A DNA stretch of 37,370 nucleotides from Acidithiobacillales bacterium (GTDB taxonomy: Bacteria; Acidobacteriota; Thermoanaerobaculia; UBA5066), in the NCBI GenBank assembly GCA_050258155.1, contig JBLMYG010000057.1, positions 1-37,370 on the forward strand, read 5' to 3'. The notes under the pieces were generated by a model that ran no database searches, was not told where the DNA came from, and worked only from the letters and a program-made list of their open reading frames with translations. This document shows positions 17,160-26,061 of the stretch, piece by piece. Positions within the stretch are counted from its first letter, which is position 1, and each line of letters starts with the position of its first letter. The translations under genes and the position numbers were made by a program.

Positions 17160-18915
17160 GGGTCTTGTGGTTGTGGAGCCCGAGGATGCGCCAGATGTTC
17201 TCGACGAGCTCCTCCTCCTTGATCGGTTTGTCCATGTATCCGTCGGGAGGCGGCACCGCCCGGGAGTAGATGACCTCCCGGAACTCGGGATGACCTGTGA
17301 CGACGCAGACGGGGATGCCTGCCAGCTCGTTGTCGGAGCGGAGCTCGGCGAACGTCTCGATCCCGTCCTTCTGCTCCATCGAAAGGTCGAGGGTGATCAG
17401 GTCGGGTTTCCGTCGGCGCGCCTCGGCGATGGCCTGGTTGCCGTCGGCGGCCTCATAGACTTCGGCGCCGGCGTCCTCGAGGACAGTCCTGAGGAAGAGC
17501 CGAATGTCGGCCTCGTCGTCCACGACGAGGATCCGCCGCCCCTTCAGGGGAAATGCGGGCTTCGGCATCTCGACCACCCCTTTCGGCTTCTTCTTCACCG
17601 CACACTCCTCGATGACGAGGGCGTCAGCGACCAGGTCGACGAGCTGCTTGACCTCGCATCCGAGCTTGTAGTGTTTGATCAGGTCGTTGAGCCCGTCGAC
17701 GCAGTTGTGGCAGGAGGTCACGACGATCGTCGCGCCGGTGGCCGCGATCTGGTCGGCCTTGATCCGAGCCGACTTCAGGCGCCTCGGCGTGTACTCCGAC
17801 ATCGACATCGCGCCGCCGCCGCCGGTGCAGCAGAAGTTCTCGGCGCGGTTTGGGATCATCTCCACGAAGTCGGTCGCCACCGCCCTCAGCAGCTCGCGAG
17901 GTTCCTCCGTGATGCCGCAGGAGCGGGCCAGATTGCAGGAATCGTGATAGGTGACGCGCCGGCCGAGCTTCGCCGGGTCGACCACGATCCGCCCCTCCCT
18001 GACGTAGCGAAGCATCGTGAAGATGGAGCTCTCCATCTCGAAGTCCTGGTCGATTCCGGCCCAGTTCGGGCCCTCGCAGCGCGTGGAGCGGTAGCCGTGA
18101 CCGCACTCCGAGATGACGATGCGCCGGGCGCTCAGCTCCTTCAGCTTCTCGAAGACGCGCCGGGCGGCGGCTCCGCCGAGCTGGTCGTCGCCGGAGAAGA
18201 GGCCGAAGTTGGTCTGGTCCCACCCTTCCGAGGGCATGGTCCAGCTCTCGGCGGCAGCCCAGAAGATCTTGGCCGCCGCCGCGATCGTCCGCGGGTCGTA
18301 CTTGGCCTCGCGGGGATTTATCGTGTAAAGGACCTCGCAGTCTCTCTTGTCGACCGGGATCCGGGCGCTCTCGTCGCCGACCTCGCTCGCAAGCTCGTCC
18401 GACATCCAATCGAGGGTCTCCAGGTAGTCCTCCTTGAGGACGCCCATCTGGTTTCCGATCTCCCACTGGTCCTTGGAGACGACCCGGACCCCCTCGGGCA
18501 TGACGCCGACGGCGGAGAGGAGACCGCGCATGATCCGGTTGAGGACGGCCGTGTCGACCCCCATCGGGCAGTTCAGGGTGCAGCGGCGGCAGTTCGTGCA
18601 GGTGCCGAAGGCGATGTCCTTCAGGACGTCGAGGTCGGCGTCGGTGAGAGGCTCCTTCGCTCCGACCCACCAGGGGAAGACCTTCCCCGTCCAGTCGTAG
18701 TTGTACTTGAACAGCTTCCGGAGCTGGTCGGCCTTGAAGGACGGAGTCATCTTCGGATCGTCGGGATGGGTCAGGACGTAGTGGCACGCCGCGTTGCACA
18801 TTCCGCAGTGGACGCACCCGACGAGGGAACCGACGACCGGGCGGGTCAGCTTCTTGGCCAGAAGCTCCCGCATGACCGGGATTCGGTAGCTGCTCTGGCT
18901 CTGGCTCTGGCTCAT
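17152..18915 (-). CDS. hmcF: HmcF-like (HdrD/DsrK family) Fe-S/CCG protein fused to a C-terminal receiver domain
   Basis: CVHCGMCNAAC, CTNCRRCTLNCP, SECGHG, HDSCN, CCTGGGG, SCHNC. Blocks such as WTMPSEGWDQT and EGPNWAG recall Desulfovibrio HmcF (from memory). The last ~130 aa is a REC domain (VVDDEAD, LDLSM, DKP). Confidence 0.75.
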   Translation of the reverse strand: MSQSQSQSSYRIPVMRELLAKKLTRPVVGSLVGCVHCGMCNAACHYVLTHPDDPKMTPSFKADQLRKLFKYNYDWTGKVFPWWVGAKEPLTDADLDVLKDIAFGTCTNCRRCTLNCPMGVDTAVLNRIMRGLLSAVGVMPEGVRVVSKDQWEIGNQMGVLKEDYLETLDWMSDELASEVGDESARIPVDKRDCEVLYTINPREAKYDPRTIAAAAKIFWAAAESWTMPSEGWDQTNFGLFSGDDQLGGAAARRVFEKLKELSARRIVISECGHGYRSTRCEGPNWAGIDQDFEMESSIFTMLRYVREGRIVVDPAKLGRRVTYHDSCNLARSCGITEEPRELLRAVATDFVEMIPNRAENFCCTGGGGAMSMSEYTPRRLKSARIKADQIAATGATIVVTSCHNCVDGLNDLIKHYKLGCEVKQLVDLVADALVIEECAVKKKPKGVVEMPKPAFPLKGRRILVVDDEADIRLFLRTVLEDAGAEVYEAADGNQAIAEARRRKPDLITLDLSMEQKDGIETFAELRSDNELAGIPVCVVTGHPEFREVIYSRAVPPPDGYMDKPIKEEELVENIWRILGLHNHKTHA

Positions 18916-18925
18916 GGCGGCCTCC

Positions 18926-19612
18926 TCATCCCCTCACCAGGGGCATGACCCCGCGGTGCCCCAGGGTCCGGCCGAGCCAGATGCGGGTGAACGGGTAGTA
19001 GAGGTAATGGGAAATCTTCGAGAACGGGACGTAGAGAAGGAAGAAGCTGGTGAGGAGAAGGTACGCCATCATCACCCCGTCCCCCTCGACCCGGCCGAGG
19101 ACGTTCAACTCCGCGAAGACTCCGATCAGGAACCAGACGGTCAGAAGAGAGACCGAGAAGTAGTCGTCCGGCGTCGAGATCAGGCGCATCACCGGTCGCA
19201 GCAGCCGGCGGGAGACCCGGTAGAGGCCGATCAGGAAGGCGGCCGAGAGGAGGCCGAGAGTCGCGGTCGCGACCGCCGGTCTCTGCAGGACCGGTCGGGA
19301 GAGAGTCGACAGAAACGCCAGGGAGATCCCCGCGACGACGCCGAGATGGAAGAGGACGAATGTGAGGTAAAAGGCGAATCCCCGCCGCGTGCTCTCCATG
19401 GCCCACGGCATCATCACGTTGGCCAGCGAATAGACGGCTCCCCGGTGCGCATTGGTCCGCGCCGGATCGCTCGCCAACTGGCGGTCGCGTGTCGCACGGA
19501 ATGAGAGGAGCCAGCGGATGCGAAGGGTGTAAACGACCGCCATCACGACGAGAGCGATCCAGTGGATGATCTCGACAGTGTGCAGCCAGCCGGAAGGCTG
19601 ATGGAGCGGCAT
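18926..19612 (-). CDS. hmcE: HmcE-like NarI-family membrane cytochrome b subunit
   Basis: 228 aa, ~5 TM, PWAMESTR..FVLFHLG, R.ISTPDDY, YVPFSKISHY; lies directly before the HmcF-like gene. Confidence 0.68.
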   Translation of the reverse strand: MPLHQPSGWLHTVEIIHWIALVVMAVVYTLRIRWLLSFRATRDRQLASDPARTNAHRGAVYSLANVMMPWAMESTRRGFAFYLTFVLFHLGVVAGISLAFLSTLSRPVLQRPAVATATLGLLSAAFLIGLYRVSRRLLRPVMRLISTPDDYFSVSLLTVWFLIGVFAELNVLGRVEGDGVMMAYLLLTSFFLLYVPFSKISHYLYYPFTRIWLGRTLGHRGVMPLVRG

Positions 19613-20139
19613 TACCGTCCTCCTTCCAGCGCCGCTGCCAGCGGCTTGTACTCACGCGAGTCGTTGGCATCGAAGAGAACCTCTTTGAGGCTGGTCGTCC
19701 CTTCAAGGTGTCTCTTGACCGTCTCGAAGAGAACAGTCGCGCAGACATCGAGCGGCACCTGGTAGAGCCCGGTTCCGATCGGCGGGAAAGCGACCGTGGC
19801 CAGCCCTTTCTCGTCGGCTCGCTTCAGGGCGCTCTCCACCGCTCTCGTCAGCTTTCCACGGGTGTCCGGCTCGTGGAACTTCGGCCCGTTCAGATGGATG
19901 ATGAATCTTGCCTTCATCTTCCCCGCCGTCGTCACCACCGCCTCGCCCGTCGGGACCGGGCCGATCGAATTGAGCTCGTCCTGGACGACCTTGCCGCCCC
20001 GGGTGGCGATCGCCCCCCCGTACCCCGCACCCAGCTTGCCGTCGGCCGTTACGTCGTAGACGAAAGCGTCCACCTCCAGGTCCGTGATGTCACCGCGGAC
20101 CACCCTGATCACTCTGTCCCCGACCTTCTTCTCCACCAT
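19612..20139 (-). CDS. Macro (ADP-ribose-binding) domain protein with altered catalytic loop
   Basis: RGDITDLEVDA, GEAVVTTAGKM..RFIIH, VAFPPIGTGLY; start moved to ATG 20139 (AGGAGG RBS). Confidence 0.85.
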   Translation of the reverse strand: MVEKKVGDRVIRVVRGDITDLEVDAFVYDVTADGKLGAGYGGAIATRGGKVVQDELNSIGPVPTGEAVVTTAGKMKARFIIHLNGPKFHEPDTRGKLTRAVESALKRADEKGLATVAFPPIGTGLYQVPLDVCATVLFETVKRHLEGTTSLKEVLFDANDSREYKPLAAALEGGR

Positions 20140-20143
20140 GGCC

Positions 20144-20632
20144 CTATCCTCCTGCGCCACGCCCCGTCGGCCGCTCTTCCGGCGCCCCGGCCGAAAGTAA
20201 TGTCTCCTTCTTCATCAAGCCGACCCACGCGGGGTCCAGCATCTGGGCGAGCGTGAATCCGTGGAGCACCTCTCCGATGCGCCGGTTCATCAGGACGTAG
20301 ACCGGCCGGCACTCGCAGATATCGCTTCGAAGGCACGACAGCGGGTCGCCGACACACTCCACGATGTTGACCGGGCCAATCGCCGCTTCGATGATCTGAC
20401 CAACTGTGATTTCATCCAGCCGGCGGCCCAGCCGGTAGCCCCCCTGCTTTCCGCAGACTCCGCGAAGCAGGCCGGCGTTCCTGAGACCGAGCGCGAGCTG
20501 CTCGAGGTAGCCGTGAGAGAGCCGCGTGCGGGCGGAGACCGTCGCCAGGCTGACCGGGCTCTCCTGGCCGCCGAGCCGGGCGATCTCGAGCATCATCCGG
20601 AGCGCATAACGGGGGCGTGTACCAAGCTTCAC
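20144..20632 (-). CDS. Rrf2/IscR-family transcriptional regulator with Cys cluster
   Basis: RYALR, LSHGYLEQL, G..GGY.L, C-x6-C-x5-C-x-C. Confidence 0.92.
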   Translation of the reverse strand: MKLGTRPRYALRMMLEIARLGGQESPVSLATVSARTRLSHGYLEQLALGLRNAGLLRGVCGKQGGYRLGRRLDEITVGQIIEAAIGPVNIVECVGDPLSCLRSDICECRPVYVLMNRRIGEVLHGFTLAQMLDPAWVGLMKKETLLSAGAPEERPTGRGAGG

Positions 20633-20638
20633 AAGCTC

Positions 20639-20673
20639 AACGTAGTGCCAGCACTCCTAGTTGTCAAGTAGGA
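20639..20673 (-). promoter_or_regulatory. Sigma-70 promoter (TTGACA-17-TACGTT), probably leaderless, with a 19-bp palindromic operator over the -35
   Basis: -35 at 20662-20667 and -10 at 20639-20644, 6 nt before GTG 20632. The imperfect palindrome tcctagttgtcaagtagga (20655-20673) lies in an AT-rich stretch. Confidence 0.72.
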
Positions 20674-20844
20674 TATTTGTCAAGTTACTTGGTCGATATG
20701 ACTTGGATTTCATAGCAATACATGTGGATCAGATTACATATATTGGCAGTGGTCAAGAACTCAACGCAAGCCTAGCGCCGCTCACGGAATTCAGCCGAGG
20801 CGCCGGTCTGGCATCGAGCCCGTCCCGGAGGACGAGCCGGAATC

Positions 20845-21330
20845 TCACCTGGTCCTGGCGGAGGACGCGCCAGCCGGTATCGGCTCGATGGTCGCCTCGC
20901 AGCCTGTCCCTTTCGACCAGAGCCAGGCCGGATCCCGAATCTGACCGAGCGTGACGTTGTCCAGAACTTCCTTGATGCGGCGATTCAGGAAGGCGTACGT
21001 GCGGCGGCACTCGCAGCAGTCGCTGCTGATGCAGGTCTCGGGGTTCTCCACGCAGTCCACGATATTGAGGGGGCCCGTCGAGGCCTCGAGAATCTGTCCG
21101 ATCCCGATCTGGCTGATCGGCCGCCCCAGACGGTACCCCCCCCGGCTGCCGCGGACCCCTTCAAGGAGTCCGCGGTTCCGGAGGGCGAGGGCGAGAGGTG
21201 CCAGGCTGTTCCGGGGGATGTGGCAGCGCTTCGACACCGCGGACAGGCTGACAGGACGCTCCTCGCCACCGAGATGGCTGATCTCCCACATCATCCGGAT
21301 GGCGCAGCGCGGGCGCGCCCCGAGCTTCAC
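20845..21330 (-). CDS. Second Rrf2-family regulator (tandem paralog)
   Basis: VKLGARPRCAIR...GVRGSRGGYRLGR...DCVENPETCISSDCCEC; colinear with 20144-20632; start set at GTG 21330 by alignment. Confidence 0.87.
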   Translation of the reverse strand: MKLGARPRCAIRMMWEISHLGGEERPVSLSAVSKRCHIPRNSLAPLALALRNRGLLEGVRGSRGGYRLGRPISQIGIGQILEASTGPLNIVDCVENPETCISSDCCECRRTYAFLNRRIKEVLDNVTLGQIRDPAWLWSKGTGCEATIEPIPAGASSARTR

Positions 21331-21391
21331 GGGTCCGCCGTGGGCCGAAGGCGTAAGGCCGAAGGCCGAAGGAACGGCGCCCGGCGCGGGG

Positions 21392-22657
21392 CTACCTCTT
21401 GGCCTCCCCCGTGGCGTGGCCATGCAGCTTGATCTCCACCTTCTGCTCGAGGCTGTCGTAGTACTCCTTCAGGATGGCAATGACCTCGGGCTTCGAGAAC
21501 TCGGATGGGACCGGCTTCCCCTCGCTCATGAGTTTGCGGAGGAGGGTGCCGGAGAGCATCAGACGCGCGCCCCCCTTGTACTGGCCGTTCTCGTCGATGA
21601 CGGCCTTGCTCTCGTGGGGACAGGTCTTCATCGAGGCCATCGTCCCGCACTCGTAGCAGTAGAAGGTCCAGTCGAGGGGAAGGGGCTTCAGGACGAGGGC
21701 GTCGGAGGGGATCTCGTAGAAGATCTTCTGGGCGTCGAACGGCCCGTAGTAGTCCCCCACTCCGGCGTGGTCCCGCCCAACGATCAGGTGCGAGCAGCCG
21801 TAGTTCTGCCGGAAGACGGCATGGAGAAGGGCTTCCCTCGGCCCCGCGTAGCGCATCTCCATCGGGTAGCCTCCCTGGATGACGCGCTCCTTCCGGAAGT
21901 ACTTGTTGACGAGGGCGTCGATGGCCCGGACGCGAACCTCGGCCGGGATGTCTCCCTCCTTCAGCTTGCCGACGAGCTGGTGAATGTAGACGCCGTCACA
22001 GACCTCGATGGCAACCCAGGCGAGATAGGCGTGCGATCCGTGCATGGGGTTCCGGAGCTGCAGCGCTGCCACCGTCGTCCAGCCGCGCTCCTCGAAGGCC
22101 TTGCGCGCCTCGACCGGGCGCTGGTAGATCCCCTTGAACATCTCCGGGTAGTACGACTCGGAGACGACCTTCACCGGTCCGGCCAGGTTGACGGGGGCCT
22201 GCGCCATGACCTTCTGGACACCGGGGTGCTTGGTGTCGACGGTGCGGAAGACCTGCTTGCACTCGAGCTCCTTGTCGATGACGTACTTCTCGGTCACCTT
22301 CATGGTGCCCATGAGGGCGTCCGTCTCCGTGTCCCAGAGGGCGACCTCGTCACCGATCTTCACGGTGTCGGCGACCCATGGCTCGGCCGAAAGAGTGATC
22401 GGGATGGGCCAGAAGAGGTTCTTGGCCGAGGGGAGCTGGTAGGAGTCGCAGCAGCGCTTCCAGTCGTCGTAGCCCATGAACCCCGTCAGGGGCGTGAAGG
22501 CGCCGATTCCCATCATGATGAGGTCCGAGGTCTCCCGGCTCGTCATGGGGATCTTCTTGAGGGAGCGCGCCTTGAGGACTTCCTCCTCGAGCGCCTTGCC
22601 TTCCAGAAGAAGCGGCTTCAGCGTGCGGCTTCCGTGCGGCGGTACGAGTTTCGACAT
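21392..22657 (-). CDS. sat: Sulfate adenylyltransferase (dissimilatory type)
   Basis: [37 protein letters not shown], Zn site CYEC..CPH, SGT..R. Confidence 0.98.
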   Translation of the reverse strand: MSKLVPPHGSRTLKPLLLEGKALEEEVLKARSLKKIPMTSRETSDLIMMGIGAFTPLTGFMGYDDWKRCCDSYQLPSAKNLFWPIPITLSAEPWVADTVKIGDEVALWDTETDALMGTMKVTEKYVIDKELECKQVFRTVDTKHPGVQKVMAQAPVNLAGPVKVVSESYYPEMFKGIYQRPVEARKAFEERGWTTVAALQLRNPMHGSHAYLAWVAIEVCDGVYIHQLVGKLKEGDIPAEVRVRAIDALVNKYFRKERVIQGGYPMEMRYAGPREALLHAVFRQNYGCSHLIVGRDHAGVGDYYGPFDAQKIFYEIPSDALVLKPLPLDWTFYCYECGTMASMKTCPHESKAVIDENGQYKGGARLMLSGTLLRKLMSEGKPVPSEFSKPEVIAILKEYYDSLEQKVEIKLHGHATGEAKR

Positions 22658-22684
22658 CGAATCGTTCTCCTTTCCATGAGCCTT

Positions 22685-23806
22685 CTACGGGTGGGTCGGC
22701 TCTGCCGCCTCGACCATGCGCTGATGCACCATCGCGAGGGAGCGGTAGAGAAGATGGGCGAACTTGGAGTACGGAAACGTGATGAAGAGATTGAGTACGA
22801 CGCCGAGGTGGGTGATGTAGACGGCGACGGCGAACTCCGGAGGCAGGGCGAGGCGGGCCACCTCGGCCAGGACCCCGGTCACGATGACGAGGGCCACGAC
22901 CGTGAGGAAGTACGTGTCGAAGGCCGTGGAATTGCCGGTCGCGGTCCGGTTCCCCAGCCGGCTCGCGACGAGCCATCCGCCGCCGACGACCAGGAGGACC
23001 GCCGAGAGGTTGCCCAGGATCTTGTACGGGTGGGAGAGGGCGAGGGGCATCGGCAGCTTCTGGATGTAGATCCCGACGATCAGGAGGCCGGACGTGACCG
23101 CTGCGCCCACGAAGCCCCAGAAGAGGAGCAGGTGGCTCGGAAACCGTGAGCGGCCGGCGCCGCACGACTTGAAGCGCTTGTGCGTGGAGATCTCGCCGAG
23201 GACGCCCATCAGGCTCCCCAGGAACGAGCCGGACCTCTTCTCTCCGCTGCCCAGAAGCGCCCAGAACCGTTTTCCGCTGACCCAGCTCGCCAGAACGACC
23301 CACGCGGCCACGGGGAAGAAGACGCCGTAGATCAGCGCATGCGGGACGACCTGCTCGTAGGCGTGGAACTCGGCGGGGAGGGTGAGGTGGCCGGTACCGG
23401 CCAGAAGAGCCAGCCAGAAGAGGATCGGTATCGCCAGGAGAAGCGGCCAGGTCGTGGCGGCCCGTCCGACGAACCGGCCGAGGGCTTTCGGGACGGCGAG
23501 CTTCTCGACCGAGAGGGCCCGAACGGCCTGAAGGACGTCCCCGGGGCGGGCGTCGCGGGGGCATCGCTGGGTGCAGTCGTTGCACTGGTGACAGAGCCAG
23601 ACAGCGGGGTCGGCCGCAATCTGCGCCTCGAGGCCCCACTGGGCGAGAAGCATCTGTCGGCGAGGGAACGGCGCATCGTCCCGGGCCAGCTCGCAGACCG
23701 CCGAGCAGGTGGCGCACTGGTAGCAGCGGGAGGCTGTCGCACCGCCGCGGCGCGCCAGCTCCGTCCGGAATTCTGCGGAGGGGAGGATCGCGGGGAGACT
23801 CGACAT
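22685..23806 (-). CDS. qmoC: QmoC (ferredoxin domain + membrane heme b domain)
   Basis: CYQCATCSAVC, FPRRQMLLAQWG, WLCHQCNDCTQRCP, TM helices, PYSKFAH; real start ATG 23806 within the longer track ORF. Confidence 0.95.
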   Translation of the reverse strand: MSSLPAILPSAEFRTELARRGGATASRCYQCATCSAVCELARDDAPFPRRQMLLAQWGLEAQIAADPAVWLCHQCNDCTQRCPRDARPGDVLQAVRALSVEKLAVPKALGRFVGRAATTWPLLLAIPILFWLALLAGTGHLTLPAEFHAYEQVVPHALIYGVFFPVAAWVVLASWVSGKRFWALLGSGEKRSGSFLGSLMGVLGEISTHKRFKSCGAGRSRFPSHLLLFWGFVGAAVTSGLLIVGIYIQKLPMPLALSHPYKILGNLSAVLLVVGGGWLVASRLGNRTATGNSTAFDTYFLTVVALVIVTGVLAEVARLALPPEFAVAVYITHLGVVLNLFITFPYSKFAHLLYRSLAMVHQRMVEAAEPTHP

Positions 23807-23817
23807 GATGTCCCCCT

Positions 23818-26061
23818 TCAGAACCCCTTCAGCGGGTTCGGGCCGAGGTCTTCGATCGTCTTCGAGAACGCGTCGAGGACCTCGGGGATGCGGTCGAACT
23901 CGTCGTGGGCGAGCTCCACGACCTTGATCCGCTCCGGCTCGAGGGCGAGGCGGGTCAGAGTCTCCTGCACGTTCGTCAGCCGGGTCTGGGCGAGCTGGGA
24001 GCCGCGCACATAGTGGCATTGGTAGTCGTCCCCGGACTTGCAGCCGATGAGCATGACGCCGTCGATCCCCCGGGAGAGCGCGTCGGCGATCCAGACGATG
24101 TTCGTCGAGCCGAGGCAGCGGACCGGCACGACCCGCACCCATGGATTCCAGCTCTTGCGCCGGGCGGCCGCGGCATCGAGGGCGGGGATCGCGTCGTTCT
24201 CGCAGAGGAGGGCGACGATCCGTGGCTTCTCCTCGGACTCCTCCGGCACGCTCATCGCCTTGATCATGCTGGACACGGTGTCGACCGAGTAGTCGGGGAA
24301 CGAGACGATCCGCTCGGGACAGGCGCCCATGCAGATGCCGCAGCGGCGGCACCGGAGCGGGTTGAGCTGGGGCGTCCCCTTCTCGTCCTCGTTGAGCGTT
24401 CCGAAGGGACACTCCTCCGTGCAGCGCTTGCACTGTGTGCACCTCTGCAGAAAGAACTCGGGGAGTCCGAGGTCTCCGGAGCGCGGATGGACGGCTTCGC
24501 CCCGCTCCGCGGCGGCGATGCACTGGATGGCCTTCATCGCCGCCCCCCAGCCGTCCTCGGCCGCCTGGGCGGCATCCATCGGCGCCCGGAGCGCCCCGGC
24601 GGCGTAGATGCCGGTCCTCCGGGTCTCGTACGGGAAGCAGATGAAGTGGGAGTCGGGGAAGGAGCCCCCCAGAACGGGCAGGTCGGGTCCCTGGCGGTAG
24701 CCGAGGTTCAGGATCTCGGTCCCGTCGTGGTGGGCGAGCGAGGCGGCGAGCTTTCGCGCCTCCTCGCGCTGCACCTCCGACTCGCCCTTCTCGGCGCGCC
24801 GCTGCGCGTCGCGCAGAGCCCGGATCGCCTCGCCGTCGGCCGCGTTGGGCACCATTCCGACCGCCAGGACGACGAGGTCCGCCTGAAGTTCGCAGGCGTC
24901 GCCAAGGAGGCTCTCGCGCAGCCGGACGGTGAGCCGGCCGTTTCCCTCGACCTTCTCCACCTCGCCGCGCGTGAAGAGGCGCCCCGGCCGGTCCTGCACG
25001 GCCCGGAAAAAGCGCTCGAGCGGGCCGGGAGTCCGGATGTCCTTGTAGACGACGGCGCATTCGACGCCGGGGAAGTCCCGGCCGAGGACGGCCACCTGCT
25101 TCAGGGTCGTCCCGCAGCAGTCGGCCGAGCAGTACGACAAGTGGGCCGGATCGCGCGATCCGGCGCACTGCACGAAGACGACGCGCCCCGGGAGCTTGCC
25201 GTCGGAGGGGCGCCGGAGCTTCCCTTCCCGCAGCATCGCCTCGAGCTCGTGCGAGGTGACGACGTTCGGCGAGACGCCGTAGCCGAGATGGGAGAGCTTC
25301 GTCGCGTCGTAGGGTCGGGCCCCCGTCGCCTGGACGATGGCGCCGACCGTGAATGCTTCCACCCCCCCCGGGGTCTGCAGCTCCACCTTGAACTGGCCCG
25401 GCTGTCCCGTGATGGCGTGGATCCGGGTCGACGTGAAGACGCGGACGGACGGGTGCGCCGCCACCTTGCCGACCAGCTCGGAGACGCGGTTCGGCTGCGG
25501 CGCGTCGTAGGGGGGCGTCTCCGGCACGACCTCCCGCTCATCGGCCAGGTGGCCGCCGAGGCGCTCGCGCGACTCGACGACGGCGACCGGGTGGCCGGCC
25601 GCGGCGGCGGCCCAGGCGGCCGAAAGACCGGCGATCCCGCTTCCGACGACCAGGACGGTCCGTTCGATCGTCTCGGCGACCGGCTTCGGCGGGGCGATTC
25701 TCGTCAGACGGGCATGACCCATCCGCAGGAGGTCCTCGGCGAGCAATTGCGTGTCGTCCGCGCCGGCCGGGTGCGACCAGGCCACTTGCTCCCGGAGGGC
25801 CACCCGCTCCACCACAGCCTGCTCGGGATCGAACCGGAACTCGGCGACCTTGGCCCGCGGCGAGCAGGCGCCGACGAGGAGCCCGTCGAGCTCTCCCTTC
25901 TCCACGGCGGCCCGCATCGCGGCGACGGCTTCCGGGGCGCAGAGACACGGATGGATCGTGCAGGGAACGTTTCCGAGCTCGGCCGCGGCGGCCAGCCCCT
26001 CCAGCTTGATCGCCTCGCCGATTCCGCAGCCGCTGCAGAGGAAGATTCCGGGGCGCTGCAT
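23818..26061 (-). CDS. qmoB: QmoB (HdrA-like FAD/Fe-S + MvhD domain)
   Basis: FLCSGCGIG, VVGSGIAG, QCAGSRD, PDSHFICFPYETRRTGIY, CTQCKRCTEECP, CENDA..RCLGS, GPNPLKGF; TGATG coupling to qmoA. Confidence 0.97.
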   Translation of the reverse strand: MQRPGIFLCSGCGIGEAIKLEGLAAAAELGNVPCTIHPCLCAPEAVAAMRAAVEKGELDGLLVGACSPRAKVAEFRFDPEQAVVERVALREQVAWSHPAGADDTQLLAEDLLRMGHARLTRIAPPKPVAETIERTVLVVGSGIAGLSAAWAAAAAGHPVAVVESRERLGGHLADEREVVPETPPYDAPQPNRVSELVGKVAAHPSVRVFTSTRIHAITGQPGQFKVELQTPGGVEAFTVGAIVQATGARPYDATKLSHLGYGVSPNVVTSHELEAMLREGKLRRPSDGKLPGRVVFVQCAGSRDPAHLSYCSADCCGTTLKQVAVLGRDFPGVECAVVYKDIRTPGPLERFFRAVQDRPGRLFTRGEVEKVEGNGRLTVRLRESLLGDACELQADLVVLAVGMVPNAADGEAIRALRDAQRRAEKGESEVQREEARKLAASLAHHDGTEILNLGYRQGPDLPVLGGSFPDSHFICFPYETRRTGIYAAGALRAPMDAAQAAEDGWGAAMKAIQCIAAAERGEAVHPRSGDLGLPEFFLQRCTQCKRCTEECPFGTLNEDEKGTPQLNPLRCRRCGICMGACPERIVSFPDYSVDTVSSMIKAMSVPEESEEKPRIVALLCENDAIPALDAAAARRKSWNPWVRVVPVRCLGSTNIVWIADALSRGIDGVMLIGCKSGDDYQCHYVRGSQLAQTRLTNVQETLTRLALEPERIKVVELAHDEFDRIPEVLDAFSKTIEDLGPNPLKGF

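Noticed and set aside
18893-18912. ctctgg hexamer repeat (SQSQSQ at the HmcF-like N-terminus)
   Set aside because: Only about three in-frame copies; too short to suggest phase variation.
21343-21372. Repeated ggccgaag units between sat and the second rrf2
   Set aside because: Short, GC-rich, with no stable hairpin or recurrence in other intergenic regions that I could see.
23807-25168. Apparent 454-aa N-terminal extension of QmoC
   Set aside because: It overlaps qmoB in another frame, is low-complexity Arg/Gly/Pro, and a good RBS and ATG exist at 23806.
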